Source of the DNA: Thermoleophilia bacterium
GTDB lineage: Bacteria; Actinomycetota; Thermoleophilia; UBA2241
DNA: 64,000 nucleotides
Reading direction: 5' to 3'
Assembly (NCBI GenBank): GCA_035686425.1
Contig: DASRZL010000154.1
Span: 954 to 64,953, forward strand
Below are positions 22,842-31,915 of the stretch, piece by piece. The translations under genes were made by a program, and so were the position numbers. Each line of letters begins with the position of its first letter. Position 1 is the first letter of the stretch. The notes beneath the pieces are model-generated. The model did not search any database and was not told where the DNA came from. It was given only the letters and a program-made list of their open reading frames with translations.

Positions 22842-24188
22842 GTGAGCGAGGAACTGCTGCACAGCACCGCCGAGCGCGCGATCCGCTACCTGCGTGAGCT
22901 GCCTGAGAGGCGCGTCGCGCCGGACGCAGACGCTCTTGCGGCACTGGAGCGCTTTGACGAGCCGCTTCCCGACGGGCCGGACGACCCCGGGCGCGTCATC
23001 GCCCTGCTCGACGAGGTCGGATCACCGGCCACAGTGGCATCGGCCGGCCCCAGGTTCTTCGGCTTCGTGATCGGCGGTTCGCTCCCCGTCGCCCTGGCGG
23101 CGAACTGGTTGGCAGCGACTTGGGACCAGAATGTCCACTCCCTCACCACGTCACCGGTGGCGGTCACTCTCGAGCACATCGCGCGGCGGTGGCTGGTCGA
23201 GCTCTTCGGTCTGCCGTCCACGACCGTGGCGGGCTTCGTGACCGGAGCGACCATGGCCAACCTCACGGCGCTCGCCGCCGCTCGTCACGCCGTACTCGCG
23301 CAGGTGGGGTGGGACGTCGAGGCGCAGGGCCTTGCCGGGGCCCCGAGCATCTCCGTCATCACGGGCGATGAGGTCCACCCCTCCGTGATCAAGGGCCTGG
23401 GGCTGCTCGGGCTTGGACGCGAGCGCGTGCACCGGGTGCCGGTGGATGCGCAGGGCCGTATGCGCGTCGACGCGCTGCCGGCGATGTCCGGGCCTACGAT
23501 CGTATGCACGCAGGCAGGCAATGTGAACACCGGCGCATTCGACCCCATCGAGGAGCTGGCCGCCCGGGCGCACGAGGCCGGCGCCTGGGTCCACGTGGAT
23601 GGCGCCTTCGGCCTCTGGGCGGCGGTGGCGCCGGCCCGCGCGCACCTGGTGCGCGGCATCGCCGCGGCCGACTCCTGGGCGACCGACGCGCACAAGTGGC
23701 TCAACGTCCCGTACGACAGCGGGCTCGCCTTCGTGCGCGACCCCGAGCCGCTGCGCGCGGCCATGGGCGTCACCGCCGCCTACCTGCCCGACAGCATGAT
23801 GCGCGAGCCGGCGGCCCACACGCCCGAGCTCTCGCGCCGCGCGCGGGGAGTCGAGGTGTGGGCCGTCCTGCGCGCGCTCGGCAGGTCCGGGCTCGCCGAC
23901 CTGGTCGAGCGCGATTGCCGCCACGCGGCGCGCTTCGCCGAGGGACTGCGCGAGGCCGGCTTCGAGATACTGAACGACGTGCTGCTGAACCAGGTGCTGG
24001 TCTCGTTCGGGGACGAGGCGACGACTCACCGTGTGATCGCGGCGATCCAGGCCGACGGGACCTGTTGGAGCGGGGTCACCGTCTGGCGCGGGCGCACGGC
24101 GATGCGCATCAGCGTGTCGGGGTGGTCGACCACCGACGACGACGTCGAGCGCAGCCTAGCCGCCATGCTCCGTGCGGCGACGGAGTGA
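22842..24188 (+). CDS. PLP-dependent group II decarboxylase (aromatic amino acid / glutamate decarboxylase-like).
   Basis: The PLP lysine context is ATDAHKWLNVPYDSGLAFVR. The small-domain motifs and the length of 448 aa fit the family. Confidence 0.8.
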   Translation: MSEELLHSTAERAIRYLRELPERRVAPDADALAALERFDEPLPDGPDDPGRVIALLDEVGSPATVASAGPRFFGFVIGGSLPVALAANWLAATWDQNVHSLTTSPVAVTLEHIARRWLVELFGLPSTTVAGFVTGATMANLTALAAARHAVLAQVGWDVEAQGLAGAPSISVITGDEVHPSVIKGLGLLGLGRERVHRVPVDAQGRMRVDALPAMSGPTIVCTQAGNVNTGAFDPIEELAARAHEAGAWVHVDGAFGLWAAVAPARAHLVRGIAAADSWATDAHKWLNVPYDSGLAFVRDPEPLRAAMGVTAAYLPDSMMREPAAHTPELSRRARGVEVWAVLRALGRSGLADLVERDCRHAARFAEGLREAGFEILNDVLLNQVLVSFGDEATTHRVIAAIQADGTCWSGVTVWRGRTAMRISVSGWSTTDDDVERSLAAMLRAATE

Positions 24189-24389
24189 GACCCGGACCCC
24201 GGCCAGGCACAACGTGGAACGCGTCGGCGCGGCTCCGGCAAGCCCCTGCCGACGCGCCACCTGACGCCCGTCACCCGAGAGAGGCCGTGTGACGCGGTCG
24301 TCCCGGCGACGTCCGTGTTTCGCGGAAGGCTCACCGGGAAGGAGGACAAGAACGGTCCAGTTCTTTCCCTCCTCACGGAAGTGTCCTCC

Positions 24390-26018
24390 ATGAACGACCA
24401 AGCCTTGGTCGGCGCCGCCGACCCACCCCAGGACGGCGCGCACGTCCCCCGCCACCTCGGTCTCGCCCTGGTCGTGATCGCGGCGGCCCAGCTCATGATC
24501 GTCCTCGACGCGACCATCGTGAACGTCGCACTGCCGCAGATGCAGCGCTCACTCGGCATCAACGGAGCCGGGCTCGCATGGATCGTCACCGCGTACTCGC
24601 TCGCCTTCGGCAGTCTGCTGCTGCTCGGCGGCCGGCTCGGCGACCTGTACGGCCGCCGCCGCGTCTTCATCACCGGCGTGCTCGTCTTCGCTGTCGCCTC
24701 TCTGGTCGGCGGCTTCGCGACCACAGAGTGGTGGCTGCTGACAGCGCGCGCCGTGCAGGGCGCCGGAGCGGCTCTCGCCGCCCCCACGGCGCTGGCGCTC
24801 ATCGCGACGACGTTCCCGGCGGGGCAGCCGCGCAACCGAGCGCTCGGCGTCTGGGCCGGCATGGCCGGCGCCGGCGGCGCCATCGGCTTGCTGCTCGGCG
24901 GCATCCTGACCTCGTATGTGTCGTGGCGATGGGTGTTCTTCGTCAACGCTCCCATCGGCCTGGCCGTCGCCGGCCTCGCGCCCTTTGCTCTGGCGAAGAC
25001 GGCGCAGATCCGCGGCCGGCTCGACATCCCCGGCGTCATCACCAGCACGGCCGGCTTGGCCCTGCTCGTCTACGGCTTGACGCACGCCGCCGCCGGCCAG
25101 GACGGCGTGTCGCACTGGGGCGACGGCGTCACGATCGGCGCTCTCGGCGCCTCGGTCGTGCTCCTCATCGTCTTCGTGCTGATCGAGCGGCGCTCCCCGC
25201 ACGCCGAGCTGCCGCTTCACCTGTTCCGCTCCCGCCGCCGCTCTGGCGCCTACATCATGATGCTGCTGCTCGGTACGGCGATGTTCGCGGTGTTCTTCTT
25301 CCTCACCATCTACATCCAGACGGTGTGGGGCTACAGTCCGGTCAAGGCCGGCGTTGCCTGGCTCCCCTTCCCCATCTCCCTGATCGCCATCAACATCTTC
25401 GTGGCGCGCGTGCTGGTGACCAAGGTCGGAGTGAGACCGCTGCTCCTGGCCGGCCCGCTGTTCGCGGGGGCCGGCTTCCTGTGGTTGTCGCGACTGAGCG
25501 AGACGGGCGGGTACTGGAGCCACCTGCTGGCGCCCGTCATGCTCGTCAGCGTCGGCATGGGCCTGATGTTCGTGCCGCTGACACTGATGGTGGTCTCACA
25601 CGTGAGGAACGACGAGGCCGGCGCCGCCTCCGGCCTGCTCAACATCGGCCAGCAGGTCGGCGGCTCGATCGGCCTGGCCGCGATCGGGACGATCGCCTGG
25701 ACGTCCGTGGCCAACAGCGTGAGCAGCCAGATGGCGACCGCGGCAGCCGGCGGCGCCGGATCCGCGCAGGGAGCCGCCGGCGCTACCGCCTCGGGGGTCG
25801 CCAGCATTCCTCCGGCAGTCCTCTACGAAGGCCTCACGGTCGGCTTCTCGACCGGCCTCATGATCGCCGGGTTCGTCGCCCTCAGCGGCTTCTTCGTGGC
25901 GCTGGTCGCGACGCGGACGCCGGGCCGCGTGCGGCTGGCCTCGTCGCGCCACGGGCAAGAGCCCTCGTGTGACGAGGTGCTCGGGACCTGCGACCCGATG
26001 CCGGCGGCGACCGACTGA
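24390..26018 (+). CDS. MFS transporter, DHA2 family (14 TMS).
   Basis: Motif A GDLYGRRR is present, with LDATIVNVALP in TM1. The ATG at 24390 is where the hydrophobic core begins. The track ORF starts 25 codons earlier at a GTG. Confidence 0.8.
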   Translation: MNDQALVGAADPPQDGAHVPRHLGLALVVIAAAQLMIVLDATIVNVALPQMQRSLGINGAGLAWIVTAYSLAFGSLLLLGGRLGDLYGRRRVFITGVLVFAVASLVGGFATTEWWLLTARAVQGAGAALAAPTALALIATTFPAGQPRNRALGVWAGMAGAGGAIGLLLGGILTSYVSWRWVFFVNAPIGLAVAGLAPFALAKTAQIRGRLDIPGVITSTAGLALLVYGLTHAAAGQDGVSHWGDGVTIGALGASVVLLIVFVLIERRSPHAELPLHLFRSRRRSGAYIMMLLLGTAMFAVFFFLTIYIQTVWGYSPVKAGVAWLPFPISLIAINIFVARVLVTKVGVRPLLLAGPLFAGAGFLWLSRLSETGGYWSHLLAPVMLVSVGMGLMFVPLTLMVVSHVRNDEAGAASGLLNIGQQVGGSIGLAAIGTIAWTSVANSVSSQMATAAAGGAGSAQGAAGATASGVASIPPAVLYEGLTVGFSTGLMIAGFVALSGFFVALVATRTPGRVRLASSRHGQEPSCDEVLGTCDPMPAATD

Positions 26019-26021
26019 CGC

Positions 26022-26549
26022 ATGGTGATGGTGACTCGACCCGATCCACTTCGGCCCGACGCGCCGACGCTCGACCCCGGCACCGACATCGGCCACGTGC
26101 ATCTCAAGGTGGCGGATCTCGACCGCGCCTTGGGTTTCTACCAGGGTGTGCTCGGCTTCGAGCTCACCGGCAGGCTGGGCGGTCAGGCCGCCTTTGTGTC
26201 GGCGGGGGGCTATCACCACCACATCGGCCTCAACACGTGGGAGTCGCGCGGCGGCTCGCCGCCGCCGCGCGGGACGACCGGCCTCTACCACGTCGCCATC
26301 CGCTACCCGACGCGGCCGGCGCTGGCGCGCGCGTTGCGCACGCTCATCGATCGCGGCTACCCGATCGAAGGCGCGGCCGACCACGCCGTCAGCGAGGCCC
26401 TCTACCTGCACGACCCGGACGGCAACGGCCTCGAGCTCTACTGGGACCGGCCCCGCGACGAGTGGCCGGTCAATGCGGACGGCAGCTACGCCATGGTGGT
26501 CGAGGCGCTCGACCTCGAGGGACTGCTGGCGGAGGCGGCCAAGGACTGA
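26022..26549 (+). CDS. VOC-family (glyoxalase / extradiol-dioxygenase-like) protein.
   Basis: IGHVHLKVADLDRALGFYQGVLGFEL is the beta-alpha-beta-beta-beta module 1. A second module follows with YHVAIRYP ... LYLHDPDGNGLEL. Confidence 0.7.
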   Translation: MVMVTRPDPLRPDAPTLDPGTDIGHVHLKVADLDRALGFYQGVLGFELTGRLGGQAAFVSAGGYHHHIGLNTWESRGGSPPPRGTTGLYHVAIRYPTRPALARALRTLIDRGYPIEGAADHAVSEALYLHDPDGNGLELYWDRPRDEWPVNADGSYAMVVEALDLEGLLAEAAKD

Positions 26550-27072
26550 CGGCGGGCGTTGCGAGTCACCCCGACGTTCTTGACGCTGCGGTAGATGCGG
26601 TCGTGCTTCTTGAAGGCGTTGATCCCGGCATCGCCGAGATCGAGATTGGCGATCCTCACGCAGGGCCCGTCGTTGACGATAGCGTTGAGATCGGGCGCGC
26701 CGGTCTGCGTCATGGTTACGCTGATCAGTTCAGGGCTTGCCGGCCCATATCGTAGCGGGCGACAAGGAGACCGCCGGACTGTTTGATGAAGCCGGCAGTG
26801 GTCTTCGCGTCGACCCTTCCGGTGGTGATGGGGAAGGTATGGCGCGGCGTCCGAGATCGGGGCGACGGTGCTCGGCGCGACCGGAAGCGGGATGACGTCC
26901 GCGGCCCACAACGCTCCTGTGGTACCCGGGTCGGCGGTGGGCGTCTTGCGCAGGCCGTCGAGGCGGAGCTTGGCGGCTTGGCCCTGCGGGCCTTCGTATC
27001 GCTATGGATGAGTTCTTCCTGGTGAGACGCTCTCTCGTTGACTCGACCGGGCGAAGCCGGTTGATCACATCC

Positions 27073-27101
27073 TTGACTGGTCAATGTACCGGTTGTAAAG
27101 T
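27073..27101 (+). promoter_or_regulatory. Sigma-70-like promoter TTGACT-N17-TAAAGT upstream of the marR gene. The -35 box lies within the palindrome TTGAC-TG-GTCAA, a candidate MarR operator.
   Basis: The -35 box is at 27073-27078. The -10 box is at 27096-27101. The GTG start is 40 nt downstream. Confidence 0.5.
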
Positions 27102-27140
27102 AGCTCCAAGGACAAGTAACAGCCTGGAGGAGGGAAAGCG

Positions 27141-27590
27141 GTGAGCGGCTCAGAGCTTGACTACTCGGCCCGGGACGTCGCGATGGCGGTGCGCCGCCTC
27201 GACCTCATGATGGCGCGGATGCACCTCGAGATGAGTGAGCGTCTGGGCATGTCCGCGGGAGAGCTGCTGGCGCTGGCGTATCTCTCGGTCGACGGTCCGC
27301 TGGGGCCTACCGAGCTCACGCATCGGCTGCACATCACGACGGGGGCGATGACGGCGATGCTGGACAGGCTCGCGGAGCGCGACTACGTCGTCCGCGGGCC
27401 CCATGCCACCGACCGCCGCCGCATCACGGTCAGTCTCACGAAGAGCGGACGCGACCGGATCTTCACGCAGGTGCATGGGATGGCCGACGAGGTCGTGGCG
27501 TTGTCAGAGCGGCTCGACGCCGACCAGCGCAAGACCATCGGTCGCTACATCGATACGCTGTCGCTTGTGGTCGCAGCGCCGGAGAGCTGA
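27141..27590 (+). CDS. MarR-family transcriptional regulator.
   Basis: The wHTH block is LGMSAGELLALAYLSVDGPLGPTELTHRLHITTGAMTAMLDRLAERDYVVRGPHATDRRRITVSLTKSG. GGAGGGAAAG lies before the GTG start. Confidence 0.8.
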   Translation: MSGSELDYSARDVAMAVRRLDLMMARMHLEMSERLGMSAGELLALAYLSVDGPLGPTELTHRLHITTGAMTAMLDRLAERDYVVRGPHATDRRRITVSLTKSGRDRIFTQVHGMADEVVALSERLDADQRKTIGRYIDTLSLVVAAPES

Positions 27591-27645
27591 TCGCGCGCTC
27601 CGCGCGCGATACGGCTGCCGGCCGAGCTGAGGACGAGGTGATCTG

Positions 27646-28107
27646 ATGGAATCGGTCTGGGACTATCCGCGACCGCCGCGCGTGGAGGCAAGCCAGCGGC
27701 GCGTGCGCGTCGAGTTCGCCGGCGAGATGATCGCCGAGACGACGCGCGCCTTCAGGGTGCTCGAGACGAGTCACCCGCCCGTCTACTACATCCCGCCGGA
27801 GGACGTGCGCGGTGAGTTCCTGCGCCCGAGCCGGCGGCAGACCTACTGCGAGTTCAAGGGCGAGGCGAGCTACTACGACGTCGTCCTGGGCGAGCACGTG
27901 GTCAGCGACGCGGCCTGGTACTACCCAGAGCCCAGGTCACGATACGAAGCGATCCGGGGCTACGTCGCGTTCTATCCGGCCCGCGTCGACGCGGCCTTCG
28001 TCGATGACGAGCAGGTGCAGTCGCAGGCCGGCGATTTCTATGGTGGCTGGATCACCGCCGAGATCGAGGGGCCCTTCAAGGGTGGGCCGGGCACTGCCGG
28101 CTGGTAG
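27646..28107 (+). CDS. DUF427-domain protein.
   Basis: The family-typical pattern is ...RVEFAGEMIAETTRAFRVLETSHPPVYYIPPEDV...YCEFKGEASYY. Confidence 0.6.
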   Translation: MESVWDYPRPPRVEASQRRVRVEFAGEMIAETTRAFRVLETSHPPVYYIPPEDVRGEFLRPSRRQTYCEFKGEASYYDVVLGEHVVSDAAWYYPEPRSRYEAIRGYVAFYPARVDAAFVDDEQVQSQAGDFYGGWITAEIEGPFKGGPGTAGW

Positions 28108-28152
28108 CCGGCAGTGCCCGGCCGGCGCGCTCAGCCGCGCGGCGGCCGTCGG

Positions 28153-29358
28153 TCAGTAGTCGGTGAGCCGCTGCGGCCCGTCGGGGCCGCCGATCTGGGG
28201 CGCCTGGGAGCGGAGCTCGATGAGCTTCTGACGGAGCTCGACCTGCAGGCGCCCGATCTCGCCCTCGGCCTCGACGCGCTTGGCGCGGCCCTCCTCCTGG
28301 ATCTGGATCGTCTCTTCGAGCGTCGCCACCAGGTCGTCGTTGACCTTGCGCAGCGTCTCGACGTCGACGACGCCGCGCTCCACCTCGCGCCCGACCTTCG
28401 CCGAGCCGTCGCGGAGCAACTCCGCGTTCTTGGCCAGCAACTCGTTGGTCGTGTCCGTCACCTGCTTCTGCAGCTCGACCGCCTTCTGCTGGCGGTACAG
28501 GCTGATGGCGATGACGATCTGGTTCTTCCAGAGCGGCACCGTGGTCAGGATCGAGCTCTGGATCTTCTCGACGAGGTTCTGGTCGTTGCCCTGGATGAGG
28601 CGGATCTGCGGCGCCGACTGGATGGCGATCATGCGCGTGAGCTTGAGGTCGTGGAGGCGGCGCTCGAACCTGGTCGCGGCCTGCTGCAGGTCGGCCAGCC
28701 GCTGCGCGGCCATGACATCGCTGGTGGCCGCCACCTCTGCCTCGAGCGCGGGGATCTTCGTCTCGTGCAGTTCGCGCAGTGCCTGTTCTCCGGCGGCGAT
28801 GTAGACGTCGAGTTGCTTGAGGTAGTCCAGGTTGAGTTCGTACATCTTGTCGAGCACGGTCATGTCCTTGAGCAGCGCCATGCGCGAGCGCTCGAGCGCA
28901 TCGACGATCTTCTCGATGCTCGTCGCCACCTTCTGGTAGCGGGCGGCAAAGCGCTCGAAGGTGTTGGCGAAGCGGCCGATGATCGGGATCTTCGCCTTGC
29001 CGGTGCCGGCACTCAGCGCGTCGACGTCGAGCTCGCGGACCTTCTTGAGCAGCTCGTTGAGCGCTTCGCCCCCGCTGCCGGCGTCTTTGTTGCGGACGTC
29101 GCCGAGCAGGGAGTCGGCGAAGTTGGCGATGCGATTCTGGGCCGGAAGGCCGTAGGCGAGCACGGATTGGGAATCGCTCACGTCGACGGCGGCCTTGATC
29201 TCCGCGACCCGCTGGAGGTCGGTGGAGCTCAACGGGCCGGCGGCGGGCTGATCGCCTGCTGGAGCGCTGGTCACCACGTCGGGCACTGCGGGCACGTCCG
29301 GCGCCGCCGGGACGGACGGCTGCGCCGCCGCATCCTGCTTCTGGGTCTCGTCGCTCAT
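28153..29358 (-). CDS. TelA-family toxic-anion resistance protein.
   Basis: It is 401 aa with an extended coiled-coil. TelA-like N-terminal blocks are present (AEIKAAVDVSDSQSVLAYGLPAQNRIANFADSLL). Confidence 0.8.
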   Translation of the reverse strand: MSDETQKQDAAAQPSVPAAPDVPAVPDVVTSAPAGDQPAAGPLSSTDLQRVAEIKAAVDVSDSQSVLAYGLPAQNRIANFADSLLGDVRNKDAGSGGEALNELLKKVRELDVDALSAGTGKAKIPIIGRFANTFERFAARYQKVATSIEKIVDALERSRMALLKDMTVLDKMYELNLDYLKQLDVYIAAGEQALRELHETKIPALEAEVAATSDVMAAQRLADLQQAATRFERRLHDLKLTRMIAIQSAPQIRLIQGNDQNLVEKIQSSILTTVPLWKNQIVIAISLYRQQKAVELQKQVTDTTNELLAKNAELLRDGSAKVGREVERGVVDVETLRKVNDDLVATLEETIQIQEEGRAKRVEAEGEIGRLQVELRQKLIELRSQAPQIGGPDGPQRLTDY

Positions 29359-30329
29359 TGCAGCTCCCCGGTCTGGGTGTACATGGTCTCGCTGCGCACG
29401 GTGCGCTCGAGCAGTTCGATCTCACTTTCGAGGTCGAGGGCGCGGTCCTCGAGCACGTTCGCCAGCTGCCGGTCGAAGGCCTGCTGGACGACCTTGAGGG
29501 AGGCCTCCGCCCGGTCCAGCGTCTGGTTGATCTCGGCCGTGGAGCTGCCGCGCTGCCCGAGGTTCACGTAGCCCTCGACGATGCGCTGCGCGGCGTCGAG
29601 GTAGTAGGTGAGAAAGCCGCGCGCGGCGTCGAGCTTGCGCGGCTGCGTCGCGAGTTCGGCGATGATCTGGTCGGCGGTGGCGCAGAGGCCCACCACTTCG
29701 TCGCGCACGGCCGGCTTGCCGATGGAGCCCGCCGTGCGCAGGATCGCGTCCACCTGGCGGCGCGCCGGCTGCAGCACTTCGGCGGCGCGCTCGTCGATGT
29801 TCTTCGGCAGCTGCGGCCGCGCCCCCGCCGCCAGCGCCGGCGGCTGCGGTGGGGCCGGCAGCGACCGCGGTGAGGCGTCGCCGAACATGATCGCTCTGTA
29901 GTAGGGACGGATGTACAGAGCGTTCACCACCGACGCCGCAGAGGCCAGCAGCTGGATGACGATCGCCGCCTGCAGCAGCGGGGTCCCGATGGCGAGGATC
30001 GTCAGGACCAGCGGCACCATGTAGGCGAAGCCGAGCAGGGTCCACGGGGTGTGCCGCGCCCTCACGCCCACGTAGATGAAGGCGAGCCAGTTCATGAAGC
30101 CGAGCGTGAGCGTCCAGCCGATCCACAGGGAGTGGCGCCACCACCAGCGGAACCGCGCCCGCCGCGGACCCTCGTCGACGATCTCGCCGACGAGCACGTC
30201 GGAGTCGGCCTGCGGCCTCAGTTGCTGGACGTCCTTGACGGCGAGCGCAGGGTGACCATTCTGGCATTCGCCGTAGGGCGTGAGCCAGACCCAGCGCTGA
30301 CAGACGGTGCAGTAGCCGCCGAGCGGCAT
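29355..30329 (-). CDS. XpaC/YaaN-like 5-bromo-4-chloroindolyl phosphate hydrolysis-type protein. It has an N-terminal zinc-ribbon-like CxxC...C pair and 2 TM helices, and is coupled to telA.
   Basis: It begins MPLGGYCTVCQRWVWLTPYGECQNGHP, followed by two hydrophobic helices and the XpaC-like C-domain. AAGGGGG precedes the ATG at 30329. Its stop overlaps the telA start (ATGA). The upstream 470 codons of the track ORF are antisense junk. Confidence 0.6.
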   Translation of the reverse strand: MPLGGYCTVCQRWVWLTPYGECQNGHPALAVKDVQQLRPQADSDVLVGEIVDEGPRRARFRWWWRHSLWIGWTLTLGFMNWLAFIYVGVRARHTPWTLLGFAYMVPLVLTILAIGTPLLQAAIVIQLLASAASVVNALYIRPYYRAIMFGDASPRSLPAPPQPPALAAGARPQLPKNIDERAAEVLQPARRQVDAILRTAGSIGKPAVRDEVVGLCATADQIIAELATQPRKLDAARGFLTYYLDAAQRIVEGYVNLGQRGSSTAEINQTLDRAEASLKVVQQAFDRQLANVLEDRALDLESEIELLERTVRSETMYTQTGELQ

Positions 30330-30471
30330 GCGGGGCCCCCTTGTGGGTCGTGAGCACTGCGAGTCCTCGCGTTCAGGATAGCCCGCAGAGCCGAGAAAGG
30401 CACCTGCAAGGACGGCGCCGTCACTGGCGGTGTAGGCTTGCCACTCCACTTGGGAAGGACTGAGGAAGACG

Positions 30472-30861
30472 ATGAACGACGAAGAACGGCAGATCCTCCG
30501 TATCGCGGTACCGTCCGACGAGCCCGGCGGGTTGGACGCGGCGCGCTCCGGGCGCTTCGGCCGCAGCCCGTGTTTCACCATCGTCGACGTCATCGACGAC
30601 GTGATGGTCAACGTCCTCGTCGTCGCCAATGAACGGCACGACAAGGGCGACGACTGCATCACACCGATCCTCACCCTCGGCGAGAACTTCGTCGACGTCG
30701 TCATCGTCGCCGGCATCGGGCGCCGGCCGCTGCTCCACTGCGTGCAGGCCGGCATGCGCGTGTTCGCTGGCGAGGACCGGCCCGACGTCCGCTCGGTGAT
30801 CGAGGCGTTCATGGACGCCGAGCTCGAGCCGGTCGGGCACGACGCCACCCGCTCGCACTGA
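30472..30861 (+). CDS. Stand-alone NifX/NafY/NifB-C-terminal-like domain protein (dinitrogenase FeMo-cofactor family fold).
   Basis: ILRIAVPSDEPGGLDAARSGRFGRSPCFTIVDV ... VDVVIVAGIGRRPLLHCVQAGMRVFAG matches the family blocks. Confidence 0.65.
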   Translation: MNDEERQILRIAVPSDEPGGLDAARSGRFGRSPCFTIVDVIDDVMVNVLVVANERHDKGDDCITPILTLGENFVDVVIVAGIGRRPLLHCVQAGMRVFAGEDRPDVRSVIEAFMDAELEPVGHDATRSH

Positions 30862-30923
30862 GCGAACGGCGGGCGTGAAGGACCCGCCCTCGCGGGAATA
30901 GTCGGCGCAAGGGCTCGTCCAGC

Positions 30924-31421
30924 TTGATGTGGGCCCGTCTGCACACCGGCACACGCACGCGGGAGGCTCCCGTCATGGAGGCGCCGACACAGATCGAGCC
31001 GACCGGGCTCGCCGACTATCTCGACGTGCTCACTCGCGCCGTCTTCCAGAGCGGCTTGAGCTGGCGCGTGGTCGAGGCCAAGTGGAGCGGCTTTCGCGAA
31101 GCGTTCTCCGACTTCGACCCGGGCACGGTCGCGGCGCTCACCGACGACGACGTCGAGCGACTGGCGACAGACACGCGCATCATCCGCAACCGGCGCAAGA
31201 TCGAGGCGACGATCACCAACGCGGAAACCATGGTCGCTTTGGACGGCCAGCCCGGCGGGTTCGTCGGCTGGCTGCGATCGCGTGGCGACTTCGACGCCAC
31301 CGTCGCCGCCCTGCGGGGGGAGTTCCGCTTTCTCGGCGACATGGGTGCGTACTACCTGCTGTACGTCGTGAAGGAGCCCGTTCCGACCCACGAGGAGTGG
31401 GCCAAGACCCACCAGAAGTGA
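30924..31421 (+). CDS. tag: DNA-3-methyladenine glycosylase I (Tag)-like protein. The N-terminus is shorter than E. coli Tag. Alternative start at 30975.
   Basis: VFQSGLSWRVVEAKWSGFREAFSDFDPGTVAALTDDDVERLATDTRIIRNRRKIEATITNA aligns well to the Tag core. Confidence 0.65.
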   Translation: MMWARLHTGTRTREAPVMEAPTQIEPTGLADYLDVLTRAVFQSGLSWRVVEAKWSGFREAFSDFDPGTVAALTDDDVERLATDTRIIRNRRKIEATITNAETMVALDGQPGGFVGWLRSRGDFDATVAALRGEFRFLGDMGAYYLLYVVKEPVPTHEEWAKTHQK

Positions 31422-31436
31422 TCCAGGGAGGTCCCT

Positions 31437-31889
31437 GTGAACGTCAATGACAAGGACGACGCCGAGCTGCGGGAGAAGCTCACCCCCATGCAGTACAACG
31501 TGACCCAGCGTGAGGGCACCGAGGCCCCGTTCGCCAACGAGTATTGGAACGAGCACCGTGACGGCATCTATGTGGACGTGGTCAGTGGCGAGCCCCTGTT
31601 CAGCAGCCGTGACAAGTACGACTCCGGCACGGGGTGGCCGAGCTTCACGAGGCCGCTGCGTGACGAGTTCGTGACCACGCGGGAGGACCACAAGCTCTTC
31701 AGCACGCGCACCGAGGTCCGCAGCACGGCGAGCGATTCGCACCTCGGCCACGTCTTCCCTGATGGCCCCAAGCCGACGGGGCAGCGCTTCTGCATGAACT
31801 CGGCGGCGTTGCGTTTCGTGCCTCGGGAGGACCTCGGCGCGGAGGGCTACGGCGAGTACGCGGCTCTGTTCGGCGACGAGGAGAAGTAG
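31437..31889 (+). CDS. msrB: Peptide-methionine (R)-S-oxide reductase MsrB. It lacks the Zn-binding CxxC pairs.
   Basis: The SelR blocks are [44 protein letters not shown] ... [24 protein letters not shown] with the catalytic Cys in RFCMNS. GGAGG lies 6 nt before the GTG start. Confidence 0.85.
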   Translation: MNVNDKDDAELREKLTPMQYNVTQREGTEAPFANEYWNEHRDGIYVDVVSGEPLFSSRDKYDSGTGWPSFTRPLRDEFVTTREDHKLFSTRTEVRSTASDSHLGHVFPDGPKPTGQRFCMNSAALRFVPREDLGAEGYGEYAALFGDEEK

Positions 31890-31915
31890 CCGGAGCGGCG
31901 CGGTACCATCGGGTC

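Noticed and set aside
24315-24389. A GTG-initiated N-terminal extension of the second DHA2 MFS transporter, plus a strong GGGAAGGAGGA motif at 24337-24347 with no start codon at the right distance.
   Set aside because: The extension (MFRGRLTGKEDKNGPVLSLLTEVSS) is hydrophilic and precedes the first TM segment by an atypical distance. The ATG at 24390 fits the MFS N-terminus. The SD-like motif may pair with the downstream CCTCC and could be structural. I left it as unexplained rather than call a gene or riboswitch.
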